DNA of 61,872 nucleotides, filler included, from Circinaria calcarea (GCA_051942165.1; 15 parts of 15 records of this genome joined end to end with filler, not necessarily neighbours in it); one strand, 5' to 3'. Counted from the first letter of the whole stretch, positions 24,310-37,861 are shown. The notes: generated by a model from the sequence alone, not told the origin. Program-made: numbers and translations.

Positions 24310-24763
24310 TCACAATCCCAAGGCATATCTACGTCCCGTGGAGCGTATGTCCAGATACGGCTTCTCACCCACACCACAGATCCGGTTGCCACTCCGCGTG
24401 GCGGCATAGTCGAATGTCGCGCACTGTCTGCGTTAGCCTCAGGTCAAACAGAGCCGGGAGGAATGGAAGGCAGGCTAGTTCGCTTCATGTTTCTGGGCTA
24501 GGAAGGGGGTGCTCAGCACATGAGGACTCACGTGGTAAACAGCCCTATTATCCCAAACCACAAGATCATCCGCGTTCCACTTGACACGTAGCTACCGCCA
24601 AGTAAGCAGTGAGCGCTGTAGCGCACTTGAACGTGGCGTAGCTTACCTGCAGCTGATGGTTCTCAGTCACCAGGCGATCCATGTACTCGATAATCATCTT
24701 GTTCTCAATGTCTCCCAGACCGTCAAATGCTTCAAGATGGTGGCCCATGGCATAAACATATTT
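24310..24763 (-). CDS. TauD/TfdA alpha-ketoglutarate-dependent dioxygenase, 3' part
   Basis: Spliced product ENHQLQ/LRVKWNADDLVVWDNRAVYH/CATFDY..RSGNR..GEKPYLD contains the WDNR-x3-H iron ligand motif. Two canonical introns. Confidence 0.88.
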
Positions 24764-24863
24764 NNNNNNNNNNNNNNNNNNNNNNNNNNNNNNNNNNNNN
24801 NNNNNNNTTAATTAATTAANNNNNNNNNNNNNNNNNNNNNNNNNNNNNNNNNNNNNNNNNNNN

Positions 24864-26371
24864 AACGCCCAGTCCGGCGCCCGAAGTGACGATGAGGAGG
24901 ATGGTGAGGAGAAGGTGCAGGCGCCAGGAACGGTGGCGCAGGTGCCGGCGGAAGACGGGGAAGAGGCCGAAGACTTCGATGGAGAAGAGGGTGAGGGAAA
25001 AGACGTGGGTGGTGCTGGGGAGGCGGGAGGCGAGGACGGTGGAGGACATGAGGGCGGCGTTGGTGGAGAGAGAGGCGGGGAATCTGGTGGGAGACGTTAG
25101 GATAATTCGTTTGTTGGGCTGATTGATTGGACATGGAGATGATGGAATGTAAATGAATGATGATGAGAATTTATTGAAATGATTTAATTTGGGTAACGAG
25201 ACAAAGAGAGACGGATGACTTACTTCACGCCAACTCCACCGCCGTAGTCGAAGAAGAAGACGTTGATACCCATAAGCCAGCAAGCAATGGCCCAGATGGA
25301 GTCGCTGCTTGTACTTTTGGTGAGAGACTTTAAGATAGGACTGAGCCCTAGTAGAGCGCAATAGATCAGTACAGCAGATTTGGCAGTTGCCAGTCGTTGT
25401 TGATTTCGCGGGGAGAATGGTGAGGCGGGCGCATTGTAAGGAGGGTAATAGCTGTAACTTGCAAACTGTGGTGCCCCCATCGGATGACCCGTCATGACCG
25501 GTGATGAAACAGAGGAACCAGACAATAGAGAGGTAGCACTGGGATTTCGAGAATGTGCACGGGAGGATAGATAACTCGTCGATAGGGAAAGACCCAATCC
25601 TTGCTGATCTTTGGCTGTTCCTCCATTCGCGTTATTGCCGGCACTGACCATTGAACCGACACTACTCCCATCCTCCCTATACATCTCTTCATCATTGTGT
25701 GAAAAAGCGCTTTCGGACAAAGTCGCAGCTTCTTCTTGTCCTACCCAAAAATCCCAAAGTACCCACCCCAGGACTGTTCCTGCGCTACCCCAGCTGACGA
25801 CAGAAACAGGAGACACACGCTCTTGAATGATGCCGACGAAGCAACAGATGAAAATGGCGACTGAGCAGACATGCTGCACTATGACGGTTGAATCGGCCAC
25901 CAATGGCCAGAAATCGTAAGGGAGGAGTCGAGGGTTGCGCTGTAGGTGGGAAAGGAAGGTTGGGGGATCGGTGTAATTATCAGGATCTGGATTTCATCTG
26001 TGAGCAATCTACCCAGCGTAACAACCGTCGTGCCTGCGCTGTAGAATCATACACGACTGCTTCACCCATAGAAGCTTCTTCCAGGCACCCTTGTTCTTCC
26101 GACTCCCACTCCGTCCTCGCTCTTTCTCCCTTCTCCGTCTCGTCCCACCCCCGGCTCTGGCAGCGGCCAAGTCTCCAGTATGTAAATGCCCATCAATAGT
26201 TCTACTGTTTATTACCCGCTCTCTTTGTTGGCGTGATAGGGAGTGGGGGAAATTCGCATCCTCTGGGGATAGGTGATTTGAATCAGAAAATGGTCTGTGG
26301 ACCAATGGCGGCGCGACATTGGAGGTATCTTGTATGTTGGTAGAGGTCGATTTGTTGCGGGGCGGTGTCAT
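24864..26371 (-). CDS. GPI2: GPI-GlcNAc transferase subunit GPI2/PIG-C, 3'-truncated
   Basis: WKKLLWVKQS/YPDNYTD, LSPILKSLTKSTSSDSIWA, SLSTNAALMSSTVLASRL, EVFGLFPVF. Two introns. Confidence 0.92.
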
Positions 26372-26592
26372 CAAAGCTCCATTACGTTTCTATGGGCGTG
26401 AGAGCAATAGTGGTTGATGACCCTCGGGGCTGCACTTTGCCAAGAATCTCGCCTGAAACAAAGCGTTGCCGTCTTTGAGGAGTAAAATACTACAATCAAT
26501 AGATTATTGTTCGACCAAACTAATATAGGTTGGCTTTAATCATCTAAATGTTCTCTGATGGGCTATCTTTATATAATATACTATCTATAATA

Positions 26593-28174
26593 TCATCCAC
26601 AGGTAAATGGAGGTGGCACCGACCCACTCTTATACGCTTCCACAATAGACACAATCGTCACATATAATCCAGCCACGCAGATGAAAGCTCCCGCAATCAC
26701 CGTCAATACAGACAGCACGGTCATAGTCTTCTGCTTCTTGAAAGCATGGGATCCACCCTGGTAATGATATGCATCATACATCCAGAACATACCGGCGATA
26801 CCATACGTGTACCAAGCTGCAAACAGGCTGGCTGCTATCCCGATAAGATAGTTGAAGATCGGAACCCCAACTGCCAAGACAAAGGCTGCTGCATTCATGA
26901 TCACGATGAGGGAGATCCAGACCGACCAGCCGAGGAAGGTGTGGCTATGCATATGTTTGCTTTTCCTAAAGAACCGGACGAAAAGGAGCTTGGCTGCTGT
27001 GTGTGAGTACAAGCTGCCGGCGATCAAGAAGTTTGGAATGGCAATCCCGTAGGCGATCTTAGAATAAAGGGAGGGGAGAGAACCGAAGCTGGGAGAAGCT
27101 ACCCCGTTACCGACGTAGATGTAGGTAACAATGGCAAAGACAACATAGAAGACTGTTGCGAATCCTTGCAGAGTATATGCGGCCTGATTCGAATCAATCC
27201 CAAAGTCAGGACCAAGAGCAACAAGGGTGGTCTCACCTTCATGGCATCTTGTGGACGGCGCATTTCGGAAATTAGTATAAAGAACATAAAATGGCCTATC
27301 ATACTTTAGCCTCCTAAGTGAACCCGAAGCCAGGATAGTCTTACCAGCATATGCAAAGACTGGATTCGTAATCGCGAAGAATGCTTTCACAAAGGTCGTA
27401 TTGATAGTAGCACTGACTACCCTTCCATCCGCCGGGTTGAGCCCTGCAGCAACCATTCCCACCACACCTGCTACCATGATAGAAATAACCGAGGGGATAC
27501 TAATCCAAGAAAGACGACCTAGGGTACGGGGTAATGCGAACAAAAGTGTTGGGATGGTAAATATGCCAGTGTAGAGCATGAGACAGAGCTTGTTAGACGA
27601 CAAAACCCCTAGAGCCAGCTGCCCAGCTAGTAGTTGGCCACCAGTAGCAAAGACTGCAAAGATGATGGTCCCGCCACTAAGAAGTTCACGGCCTATGGGC
27701 CCGAAGAGGATGTAGCCAGCATCACCCATATTATGGACTGTTTATGGCCATTAGGGCTTTCAACCTCGCCTGCTAGTCTACAGGCTGAGTACTTGCCTTC
27801 GGGGTGCCGAAGCTTGAATTGAATAAGCAGCCAACTGGTAAAGGTCCCAAAGATGCCGAGGAACACGATCAGGATGGCTCCAGGCACAATCCCGACGACG
27901 GCAAGACTTGAGGGGAGCGAGAGCATGCCATTGCTGACAATCTCGGCGATCATCAAGACAGCAACAAGCTGCCATGATAGGGTCTTGTATTGTATCTATT
28001 CGGATAGTGTCAGCTATCTAACAGTGACGCTACGACGATTTTCCTGACCTGATGGTTCCCTTCATTTCCAAAAACATCCAACTCCTCAATTTCCTGATTT
28101 AATGCTTTGCCGTAACCATTCTCGTTGGCAGGATCTCCCACCCGTGGAGGCGAATAGCCATACTTGTCCGCCAT
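26593..28174 (-). CDS. Neutral amino acid permease (Aa_trans/AAAP, Mtr-like), multi-exon
   Basis: IQYKTLSW..MIAEIVSNGMLSLP, FKLRHPE, MGDAG, FAYAG/HFMFFILISEMRRPQD, multiple TM helices. Confidence 0.92.
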
Positions 28175-29370
28175 GTTCTAATGATCGGATAGAGTTACGT
28201 ACGAAAGCGAAGGGTGAAAGTAATAAATAGCCACTGCTGCAGCAAAAGGGCAGGGCCATGGTTTGGATTTATAAGAGTCTTTCTAAGCGTATGCTGAAGC
28301 GCGATACGGCGTAAGTTTAACGTCCCCGATTAGGCAGGTGATATATACATGAGCAACCTTATCAAACATCCAACAGTTAGCGCAACCGCCCGTGTCAGCG
28401 CTTGTTCGGCAGATTCTACTTCTGCCCTCCACCAGAGCAGTAATAAAAATATATAGCTCGTGCTGCTTTGTTCCATCCGGCCGTTCTGGCGCTATTGCGC
28501 AAAGCTAAGATAGGCTGCAAAGCGAAGATAGCACAGGGTTACACCCGTGGATATGGGAAAGGGGGGCGAGAGGACTCACTTGGGTAGAGGGAAAATGAAC
28601 TCCGAGGCGGGTGCGGTGTCTATCTAGATCAGTTGCCGAAGGTTGGTATGATTATATATATCTTGTAGAAGCTAAGCTGAACTGAAAAACTTGGTATCGT
28701 ATCGGATACCCGTTCAAGTCATCCATTTCGATCCTCCGTTCCTAGAATGCTAATATGAGTATCTTATCTCCGAAATTCCATCACCTCTCCACTCTCCGAC
28801 TCTCCAAAACGACCTTTTACACTTCAAAACATCCCCTTCCCTCCATCTTCTCCGTTATCCTCCCCAGACCCTCCTCCCCGCCACGAAACCACTCACCNNN
28901 NNNNNNNNNNNNNNNNNNNNNNNNNNNNNNNNNNNNNNNNNTTAATTAATTAANNNNNNNNNNNNNNNNNNNNNNNNNNNNNNNNNNNNNNNNNNNNGGT
29001 ATAGGGACGATGTCGAGAGGGGGAGGAAGTGGGATTGGAAGGGGATCGGGAGTGGGAAGAGCAAGAGGAAGGGGGCTTTCATAGCGAGGGCAAGGGTTTT
29101 GCTTCAGTGTGGCGGAAAGTGTTCACAATACCCCAAGAGTCTCATATGACGAATGCAATTGTGGAAGGTCCCTTGTTTAGGACAACCTACTACCATCGGT
29201 AGCACAAAGCTAACTAACTCGACGCTCAACAAATGCCAGATACAGGCCACTCAAGCCAGCCGCAAGCTATCTGGCAACGTAAAGTACTAAAGCCACGCTA
29301 TTGCTAAGTCAGCATGAAACCCTACCGTGGCATAGAGCCCAGTATGCAAAGCAAAAATGCGCCTGATCGC

Positions 29371-32300
29371 TTAAAACACTGAAGGGGTCGTGATTCCTCC
29401 ATCCGGTGGTTGAAAAGGACGTGGCCCACCAAAGGCAGGGAAGGCATGCCCAGTAATGGGACTACCGATGTCTCCCGGTACCCCTCCTCGTATGCCCATT
29501 GATGAGTTCTCTGGTTCGAACTTAACACACACGCCACGTTGTCCTTCCTTCTGGATTACGAAGGTACCACCGCCATTCTGTAAGTTTCCCTCTGTATCCA
29601 GGATCTCAAGCAGCTCATTAACATGTATGGGGCCTTCGTGAGCTGGCTTTGAATGCTCGACTTGACGTAGAACCATGTTGACATCATGGAACTCGTTGCC
29701 ATTCTTGGTCAAATTGCTGGCTGAAAGTTGCTTGCACGCCTGGCTGGCCAGTAATCGTATCGTGACCGGTCTGGATGCATTTGGACGATTGGTTCCGCCA
29801 ATGATGCCAAAAGCACTACTGCTTGCCCATCCTGGACCTTGAGTGAACTTTAGCGGATGAGATTGATGGCATAAAATTTGTCACCTACCGGGTGCATTTG
29901 ACCAAGACTGGAGATGTGGCACGGTTGGAGTTCCAAATGGAATAGGCGGTACACCCCACGTGTTGCCAGGTCCACCTTGGACTCCGCGAGGAAAGTTCTC
30001 TGACTTTGCGGCTACGTGACAATGTTAGTGGTGCTACACACATGCAGAAAACGATCCAACTCACATCCGAGAGCGTCAGGAAACATTGGTGAGGCCCCGA
30101 AACCAAGTCTACCAGATCTAGGTCCTCCTGGTGCGTAGTTGACTTGTCGGCCATCGTTAGAGTTAGGATTCGGAGTTTCGTCGCTATCGTCAAGTAGGGC
30201 ACTACTACCAAGATGGTTGCTAAGATCATCAATTTCTGCTTGAGTCGATTGCTGGTTATCTTCACTTTGACGAGGGGTACTTGGCGGCCGCTGAATCGGT
30301 ATAGGACGTGCAATTGGTAGTGTCTGTGCAGGGATGTTAGGTGTGTCAAAGGTGGACTTTTCAAAGGACGCCGAAGCATTTCTCGAATGGGAATGGGGAG
30401 GTATGGTGCCATGAACGATTCCATGTGGCGAGTTCAATATAGGACTACCGATCGTTCCTAGACCTAGGGGTGGCTGGGTGGTGGACATGTCCATTGGCAT
30501 GCCTCGCCCTTGCGGCATTGCTCTTATCCCGTTTACACCAGGTGGAAAGGGTATACTGTTCGGATTCGGGAAATTACGATACTGAGTCCCGCTGAAAGAT
30601 GGCTGATGCGAGTACATCGGAGCATCGTGGCCGAATGGCATCCGTTGCGTCATGCCGGGAGGGGCCATTGGCCCGTAATGCATAGGAAACCCGCTGCCTG
30701 CCATAGCAGGAGAACCGGACATGCCTGAGAAGGGTTGTGCTGTTATCCCTGGAGGGCCAGCAAGAGGGACCGAGGGAGGAAGTTGAGGAACAAAGGTAGG
30801 TAGGTTCGCGGCCTTGATTGAGACGGGGGTTGAGACGGGGCCCTGCTGCTGCGTTGGCTGAAAGGACTTTGGTGAAGTGGCAGAGGACCACGAAGGAACG
30901 GTGGTAACTTTCGGAGAGGATTCATGCGAGTCTTGGAAGGATGCTTGCCGTGGGCGAACTGGCGTTAAAGCTTTGGGGATGACCGGGGTGGCAACCTGCA
31001 AATGGGGAGATGCTTGGCTGCTTGAGACATGTTGAGTTTGGATACCTGGCTGCATAGGAATAGCAGTTGACGTAAGCTTGCGCAGCAATGGCGGCACAGG
31101 TACCGGCATCGATATCTGTAGGGGTTGCTTTGTGGTTTGCTCCTCTCGTTTAGCACGCTCTTTGGCTTCCTTGTCTGCCTTCACTTTGGCTTCTTTCTCT
31201 TTTCGTACCGCGATTTCACGCTCCTTTCTGTCTTTGGCTTCTCGTTCCTTGTTCTCTCGCTCCTCTCGCTCCTTTTTCTTTGCATCTTCCCGCTTCTTCT
31301 TTTCCCTATCTTTCTGCTCTCGCTGCTTGCGTTCGAGTTCCACCTGCAACTCTCGGGCTTCCTGTAGTTTCTTCTGTTTCTCGGCTTCTTTCTTCTGCCG
31401 CTCCTCGTCTTGAGCCTTCTTCTCTGCCTCCCGCTTCCTCCGCTGCTCCTCTCTCTTCTGGCGCTGTTCCTCGACTTTTTGCTCCTCGACGGCCTTGGCA
31501 GCCGCCTCTTCGGCAGCTCTCTCAGCCTCCCGCTTAGCCTTTTCTTCGTCCTTTGCCTGCTTCTGCTGCCGCTTTTTGTCCTTTTTCTTTTGAGCCTCTT
31601 TTGCCTTCTTAGCTTCCCGTTGAGCATCCAGGCGTGTCTCGTCTGCTAATTCTTCAAGCAGTTTTTCCTGACGCTCTCGTGCCACCTTTTCCCGATAAGC
31701 TGTGAGAACTCTCTGTTCAAACATTCGAGCAGCAAATATCTGGAACATCCTCCGACCCTCTTCCATTCGCTGCTCCTCAGTCAGAGCCTCCTGTCGACCA
31801 TTAGCCGTAAGCCAGCCCCTCTTTCCAAAGCACAAACCATCTCATCCTCGTCGTAATCCTCATCATCCTGACTGTCATACTCCTCATCGTCCTCATCGTC
31901 GTACTCGTCCTCCTCTAATGGTGGGCCATGGTTATGTCCTTGCATTGATCGGTGTCTTAGGCCAGCCGCATACTGAGCTTCTTCTTCCCGCTGCATCCGA
32001 CGCTCAGCCAACTGTTCCATCATATCGATGAATTTCTTGCCGTCGTTCTTAAGTAGATCGTCAGCAACTGTCAATATCCCCCCTGTACATCATTAGCAAC
32101 TGACAACAGCTATATCTTTTCATGTAAGAGTTCACCCTGCACTGTAAGACTATTGCCGAAATTGAAGAAATCAGCGGCGGGACCCCTTGGTTCTTCTTCG
32201 AGCTCGTCGTCACTGTAAGCTTCCTCCTCTTCGTCTTCATCGCTGTAATCCTCGTCATCAGCTTCTTCGTCGTCTTCAATCATCTCAGTTATACGACCTC

Positions 32301-33030
32301 TAGCTGGTCTCTCCGTGTGCATCGTTGGCGACACGCGACTCGGGGGCAATCGTGCCATCAGGTGGGTACCGTATATTCTAGGTGGTGGCATGATTGGAGT
32401 CCCATCCTCTAGGCTAATTTGCTGGTGGTTTGCATATTGCTCAAGCTCTTCGTAGTAGGCGTCATATAAGACCTCCAGTTCTTCCTCGATTGCGGTGCGC
32501 TTCCGACCACACACGGTGCAGCTACAGGAGTGCTTTTGTTGTTCCTTCATTTTCTTAAGGACAGCCTCCTTTTCAACCTTTACCAGGGAGCGTCGCTCTT
32601 TTTCCTCCAAGGACAACCAGAATTCTTTGATCCTCTCTCGTTCCTCAGCAGTCGAGGTATTCCAAATACGATCCTTCGATACCCTATGAGCTGAGCGAAT
32701 AGCGGCAGATGAAAGTAGGGGCGCAGGCGGAGGGGGTGGAGGCGGCTTTAGAGCCGCCGGCAGTGAGGGTGATACGGCTGGATGCGAATGAGCAGAGTAG
32801 TCATCTAGATTCGCTTCCGGATGGGGTTTGTTCTTTCGCTTTTTGGGGGGTTTGCCATGAGGAGCGTTTGGCTGCGTAACATGAGTGCTGTGTTCATCAG
32901 CAAATACTCGACCGAAACAATACAACGAAGGGATTTCCCACTGTCGAGCATCTTCGTCACTATATTGCTGATCGTCACCTTCTGGCGGTTCATACTGGTC
33001 ATCGCCGTCCGAAGGACCGTAGTCGATCCC
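29371..33030 (-). CDS. NST1: Stress response protein Nst1, 5'-truncated, multi-exon
   Basis: [90 protein letters not shown], long E/K/R coiled coil. Confidence 0.93.
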
Positions 33031-33130
33031 NNNNNNNNNNNNNNNNNNNNNNNNNNNNNNNNNNNNNNNNNNNNTTAATTAATTAANNNNNNNNNNNNNN
33101 NNNNNNNNNNNNNNNNNNNNNNNNNNNNNN

Positions 33131-33355
33131 CCCCCCTTCTCTGTTCTTCTCTTCTCCCCTCCCCTAATTCGTTTACGCACAATCCATCTTCCCTCCTCCT
33201 CTCCGCCCTTCTCGGTTCTTCTCTTCTGTTTCTCTGTTCTTTTCTTCTGTTTCTCCATTCTTCTCATCTATTTCTCCTCCCTTCTCTTCTGTTTCTCCGT
33301 TCTTCTCTTCTGTTTCTCCTCTCTTCTCTTCTCCATTCCTCTCTGCTTCTCTCCT
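33131..33355. repeat. Polypyrimidine degenerate tandem repeat (TTCTTCTCTTCTGTTTCTC-like units)
   Basis: Recurrent CTTCTGTTTCTC in a nearly purine-free tract. Confidence 0.7.
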
Positions 33356-33818
33356 TGTATCTCAGACCCAATAATCCATGACAACAATTCTTGAAAAATA
33401 CCAGAAGAAAGAACTAGAAGAAATTCTATGTCCTGATTATTAAATGACCCCTTGATTATGGGGGGGCGGAGGAGGGGAAAGGAGGTTAAGGTAGGTGAGA
33501 AATGGGGAGATAACAAGGGGCAAGTGGGAAAGGGGAAGGGAGGGACTAGAAACTGGAACATGGAGGTTCGATTTGGGAATTTTTGGTGGCCCGGGTTTTT
33601 GGGGGATTAGAAGTGGAATATGATTGGAATAGCATAGAAATCCACCCTCCGGCGGGTGGGGTGAAATAAATATCCTCTCCGTACTGGAGGCGTTAGGTTG
33701 CCGTTGTATGTTGGTATCCATCAGAATGTGATTGATGGTGTATATTATACCTATTATACATCCTACGATAACCGGTTAATCTGGAGATTCCTGAGGGTTA
33801 CCGAATCGGTAAAAGATG

Positions 33819-33883
33819 ATGTATGAGGGAAATGTATGAGGGAAATGTATGAGGGAAATGTATGAGGGAAATGTATGAGGGAA
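33819..33883. repeat. 13-bp tandem repeat (ATGTATGAGGGAA)x5
   Basis: Five perfect copies followed by two truncated copies. Confidence 0.95.
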
Positions 33884-34659
33884 ATGTGGGAAATGTAGGA
33901 ATTTTCATCCGCGCGGAATTTTAGAAATAGGGAGGATACAATTTTGTGTTTTGAATTGTAGATTTTACACCCATTGTAAGTAGCAATTTTTTTTTAATAC
34001 AATACTTTTCTCAAGTTTTTTTTTTATAAAAAATGGGCAGCAATATGCATGGTTGGCATGCATTTGCTACCTGAAGCTGTGTGTGTCTGAACTAACTATG
34101 CTACGAAAAAAAATTTGCTTTTATGGAGTGCGTAGAGAGTGTGGAGCATGTGACCATGCATTACCCGGTAGGTAACACACATGACTCGGTAAGACCCTAT
34201 GGCCTTCCAACAGTCTTCAACATCTCCAAAATGGATAAATGATCCTCGCAAGAGCGGAGGCCGCCAGAATAATTTTCCAACCTTAGAACGATATCCTCTA
34301 CAGATATCAACTCCGCGGGAGATACTTTGTGGTATGTATAGGAGAGGAGGAAGGAGCGGCTCCGGGCTGGAAGCCTTGGAGCCTTTGATTAGGCAGTAGA
34401 TAGATAGAATCCATGAATTCCATCACTTTCTTCTGAATGCATGCACTTTCGGTAACACTTTGCCTCCTATATCTTTTTTCCTCCCCGCAGGCAAAGAGAA
34501 ACTCATGAAGCTCGGGATCGTGATAACCAAGAGAGTTCGGAATTGTAAGGTTTGGGAGATCTAGCGCTTGGAACCACGAATTTTTGTTTTTTACCCAAAA
34601 AACAACACCGAAGTAATTAGAGCCATTTGGTTTCAACTGGAATAAGCGATATCGAGGAT

Positions 34660-36344
34660 TCAATGCAGTTGAAACAGCCGGTCACCTGCCTCGTGCCGAG
34701 TCTTCGCCTGATACATGGAGCCTTGCAAATAACAACCACCCACAAAGGATTCGATCCCGGTTATAGGATGCTCATGAATGACCACCGGTATCGGACAGCC
34801 GTCCAAGAAGCAGATCAAATCTCCTTGGCAGATATCCGCCGGAGCCAAACCCAAGTGGTTTTTCTCCGTCACGATAAGCCTACGCCCGGTGCAGACTTCT
34901 TCCATGGCGTCATAGAACGTGTCACTCTCCATTTGAGTCTTTGCCTGAGCAATGGGAATTTCCAGATTATTGCCGAGGTTATTATCGGGAGGGTCCGCAA
35001 AAGCAGCATATAAACGGCCGTTTTTCTTGTCATCTTCTATGCCGTGTTCGCCATCATCGGAAAGTAAGGCGCGCCAATATATGGTGGGAAAGGTCTCCCC
35101 GTGTACATGACTGGCACTTTGGGCCATCTTCTCCCATTCGGGTAAGACGCTGTCAGATTTGGAATACAACATGATCTGACTCACGTCTCGGATGGTGTCT
35201 ATTATTGTACCGTAAACCATTAAGGTTCTCAAATCGGGTGAAAAGTAAGGCTTCCTTTTCAGGGGACTTTTTGGATAGTCAAAAATGCCCAGTTTTGCAA
35301 AATATGGCCCGAACACTTGTCGAAAATATAAGTGGGATGTCCAATCCGGTACCCACGATGGTAGATTTTGAATCTCTTTTGGATGAGAAACTGAACATAA
35401 AATTGAAAGATATCCGTTTCTTCCAATTAAATTTCTTGTTATACGAGCGTATGTCTCCTGTACACTTTGCCCATAGTCCGGGGCTAGAAAGGGGTCCGAG
35501 CCATCTTTTGCTAAAGCCAATAAGCCGAAGACCTTATCCCTCGGATCCGTGCAGTGAAAGTGATAAGACCAGAATAATAGGTTCGTAAGGAGGCTGTCTT
35601 GCCCGGATTTTTCGTAGCCCAACTGCAAGCTGCTGATGATGGCAACCGCATCATGAGCATATTCTGCATCTTCTTGACCATACTGAACATAATTATTGGC
35701 CTGAACTAAATCTTTCCAAGGCAAAACGAAGGTCCCACATTGCACTGTGGCGTGAGTTGCAAGTGCGACTTCCTGAATCACCCACATTCTACGGAACCAC
35801 GATCGACCGAAAATTCTGATGAGGGCGTTCCAAGAATCTGACTTTGCAAAAGGTAAACCTACAATGTGTGCAGGGTGTTGGATTTCAAATAGGCTCTTTA
35901 GTCCTGAGGAAGCGCTTTTGATAAGGGTGGGTACCATGTCAAATGCACGTTTAGTATCTTCTTCCTCGTCCCCAATCCAAATGATCACTCGAGTTGCCTG
36001 GTGATAAACCAAAGACATAAGCATAACTTGCTCGTTGCACTCGGAAATCTGATCTTGATTTATACATATTTGGTCGATCCATAGTGTGCGAACTCTGTCT
36101 GTTGTACGTAGACGAAGAAGAGCAGCGTTGAGGTTATTTGTTATAGGAATTTCACGGTTGAGGCATGTGATCGCGAAAGGTCTCTCCGCCGAGCCCCAAG
36201 TATATGAGACTGCATCGTATGAAATACCACTATGCACAAAAATATGGCGTAAGGTATATTCAAGATTCTTACTAGGTTCACCTGGATGCAAATCGAGAAG
36301 CCTGATTTCATGCTGCTGAAGAGCCTGGTATTCATAAAATCCAT
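34660..36344 (-). CDS. HET-domain heterokaryon incompatibility protein (HET-6-like), intronless, apparent 1-nt frameshift at the start
   Basis: IRLLDLHPG, YDAVSYTWG, ITNNLNAALLRLR, LWIDQICINQ, EQVMLMSLVY, WFRRMWVIQEV, CTDPRDKVFGLL, LPSWVPDW, C-terminal GLAP..GDLIC..FVGGCYLQGSM. Confidence 0.9.
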
Positions 36345-36874
36345 GGCCCTGTCAGCGGGCACGTCTGCCTGCCCTATTCAAGCCTAGCCAGTATCACCAA
36401 AAAAAATAAGCGGTTCCGGGAGAAAAAAAAAGCCATTACAGAAAGGAGCTTTACGTCTTAAAGAAGCAAAGATAGCGAAAGATATATATGAATTATGGGT
36501 CTTTCTGGAAAAATACTCGGGGGATGGTTGAAATAGCGAGCAAAACGCGCGCCCCTATTAGCGCCTTCCTTCTCCTCTACTATGTATGAGGTATTCGCTT
36601 ATTTCCGGGGGAACGACGCTAATTAAGCGCGCCTTTCGCTCCCACCCCCAGCTATCCCCCCGTATTCTCCCACCACAGTAAATATCACACACATCATCCA
36701 TAATTTCACCAACATTCCGGCTCATTACCAATATTCCGACTCAGCCGTGCATTGCCATCCCTCGCTGTAGTGCTCTTCCCTTTTTTCTCGGGGCAGATGT
36801 TGAGATTTTAGAATTTTGAGCCTTTTAGATTTAGAATTTTGGAGAATTTATGGAATTTTGGATTTGGGGGGATT

Positions 36875-36940
36875 GGAAATGGGAATGGGAATGGGAATGG
36901 GGATGGGAATGGGAATGGGAATGGGAATGGGAATGGGAAT
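36875..36940. repeat. (GGAATG)n hexanucleotide microsatellite, about 11 units
   Basis: Direct reading of the sequence. Confidence 0.9.
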
Positions 36941-37861
36941 ACTTGTTTCGGTAAAATAAATAAACGAAAAAAAGGAACGGGAGTGTAAAAGTTGGAAATT
37001 GGTGAAAATAATAAAATCAAAATGGGAGAGAATTTGTATTTAGGGGGTATCTATCCTATCACATCATATTCCATCATATCCTATCCTATTCTCCTTCGAC
37101 ATAGAATATTCCACACTGAATCCGTAGAGTACCACCCCCCCCCCTTTCCCAATCCCTATTCNNNNNNNNNNNNNNNNNNNNNNNNNNNNNNNNNNNNNNN
37201 NNNNNTTAATTAATTAANNNNNNNNNNNNNNNNNNNNNNNNNNNNNNNNNNNNNNNNNNNNTTTTTTATCGGCCATAAAGTAAATATCTGCATTGGTGGG
37301 CTGGACCACGTAAGACTGAATGCCAGTGCCTGCAGTCACGATTACTGTGTACGGATTCAGTTTCGCCATCAATTCCCACAAAGTCGATCGCCGCGGCCAC
37401 CAAATATATTGATTGACTGACCCTTACTGTATTTTGAGGATCGGACTCTCCGCGGGGCAATCATTCGGCCGCTAACCGAAATCCAGGTGAATCGGTTGTT
37501 CCGCGTGCGAACAAAATTCTTTCCGCCCACATTGTGCCACCACCTACGCATCCCCGGGACGCTCGGGCCCAAACTCTAATATTTATAACACCCCGTACAT
37601 CTTATTCTTCGACAGTACTTAATTTTCCCCATCTGCCCTTACTCGTCCCTATTGTTCCCTACGCTGACCCCCTTCACTCGCCCCTTCCTAGTGTTACCTG
37701 AGATTCAATCGTCGACAAAGAGGGAGAGATACGGTTCACCATTGAGTCGGTTCTACACGGCAAACAAAGAGGCTCAGAGGTCGTGTGACTACTCCACAGC
37801 CGAGCGACTTCCCCTTCACTTTGTCCATTTCTGCTGTGGAACCGATTCCATCCCATCAATC

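Noticed and set aside
33079..33561. K/R/E-rich ORFs (EKQKRRTEK repeats)
   Set aside because: Translation of a polypurine simple repeat with no coding evidence.
33819..33901. Telomere repeat
   Set aside because: The unit is 13 bp rather than TTAGGG, and the array is internal to the contig.
12441..36344. Clr5, NACHT N-terminus and HET genes as one immunity cluster
   Set aside because: They lie on separate contigs joined only by length sorting.
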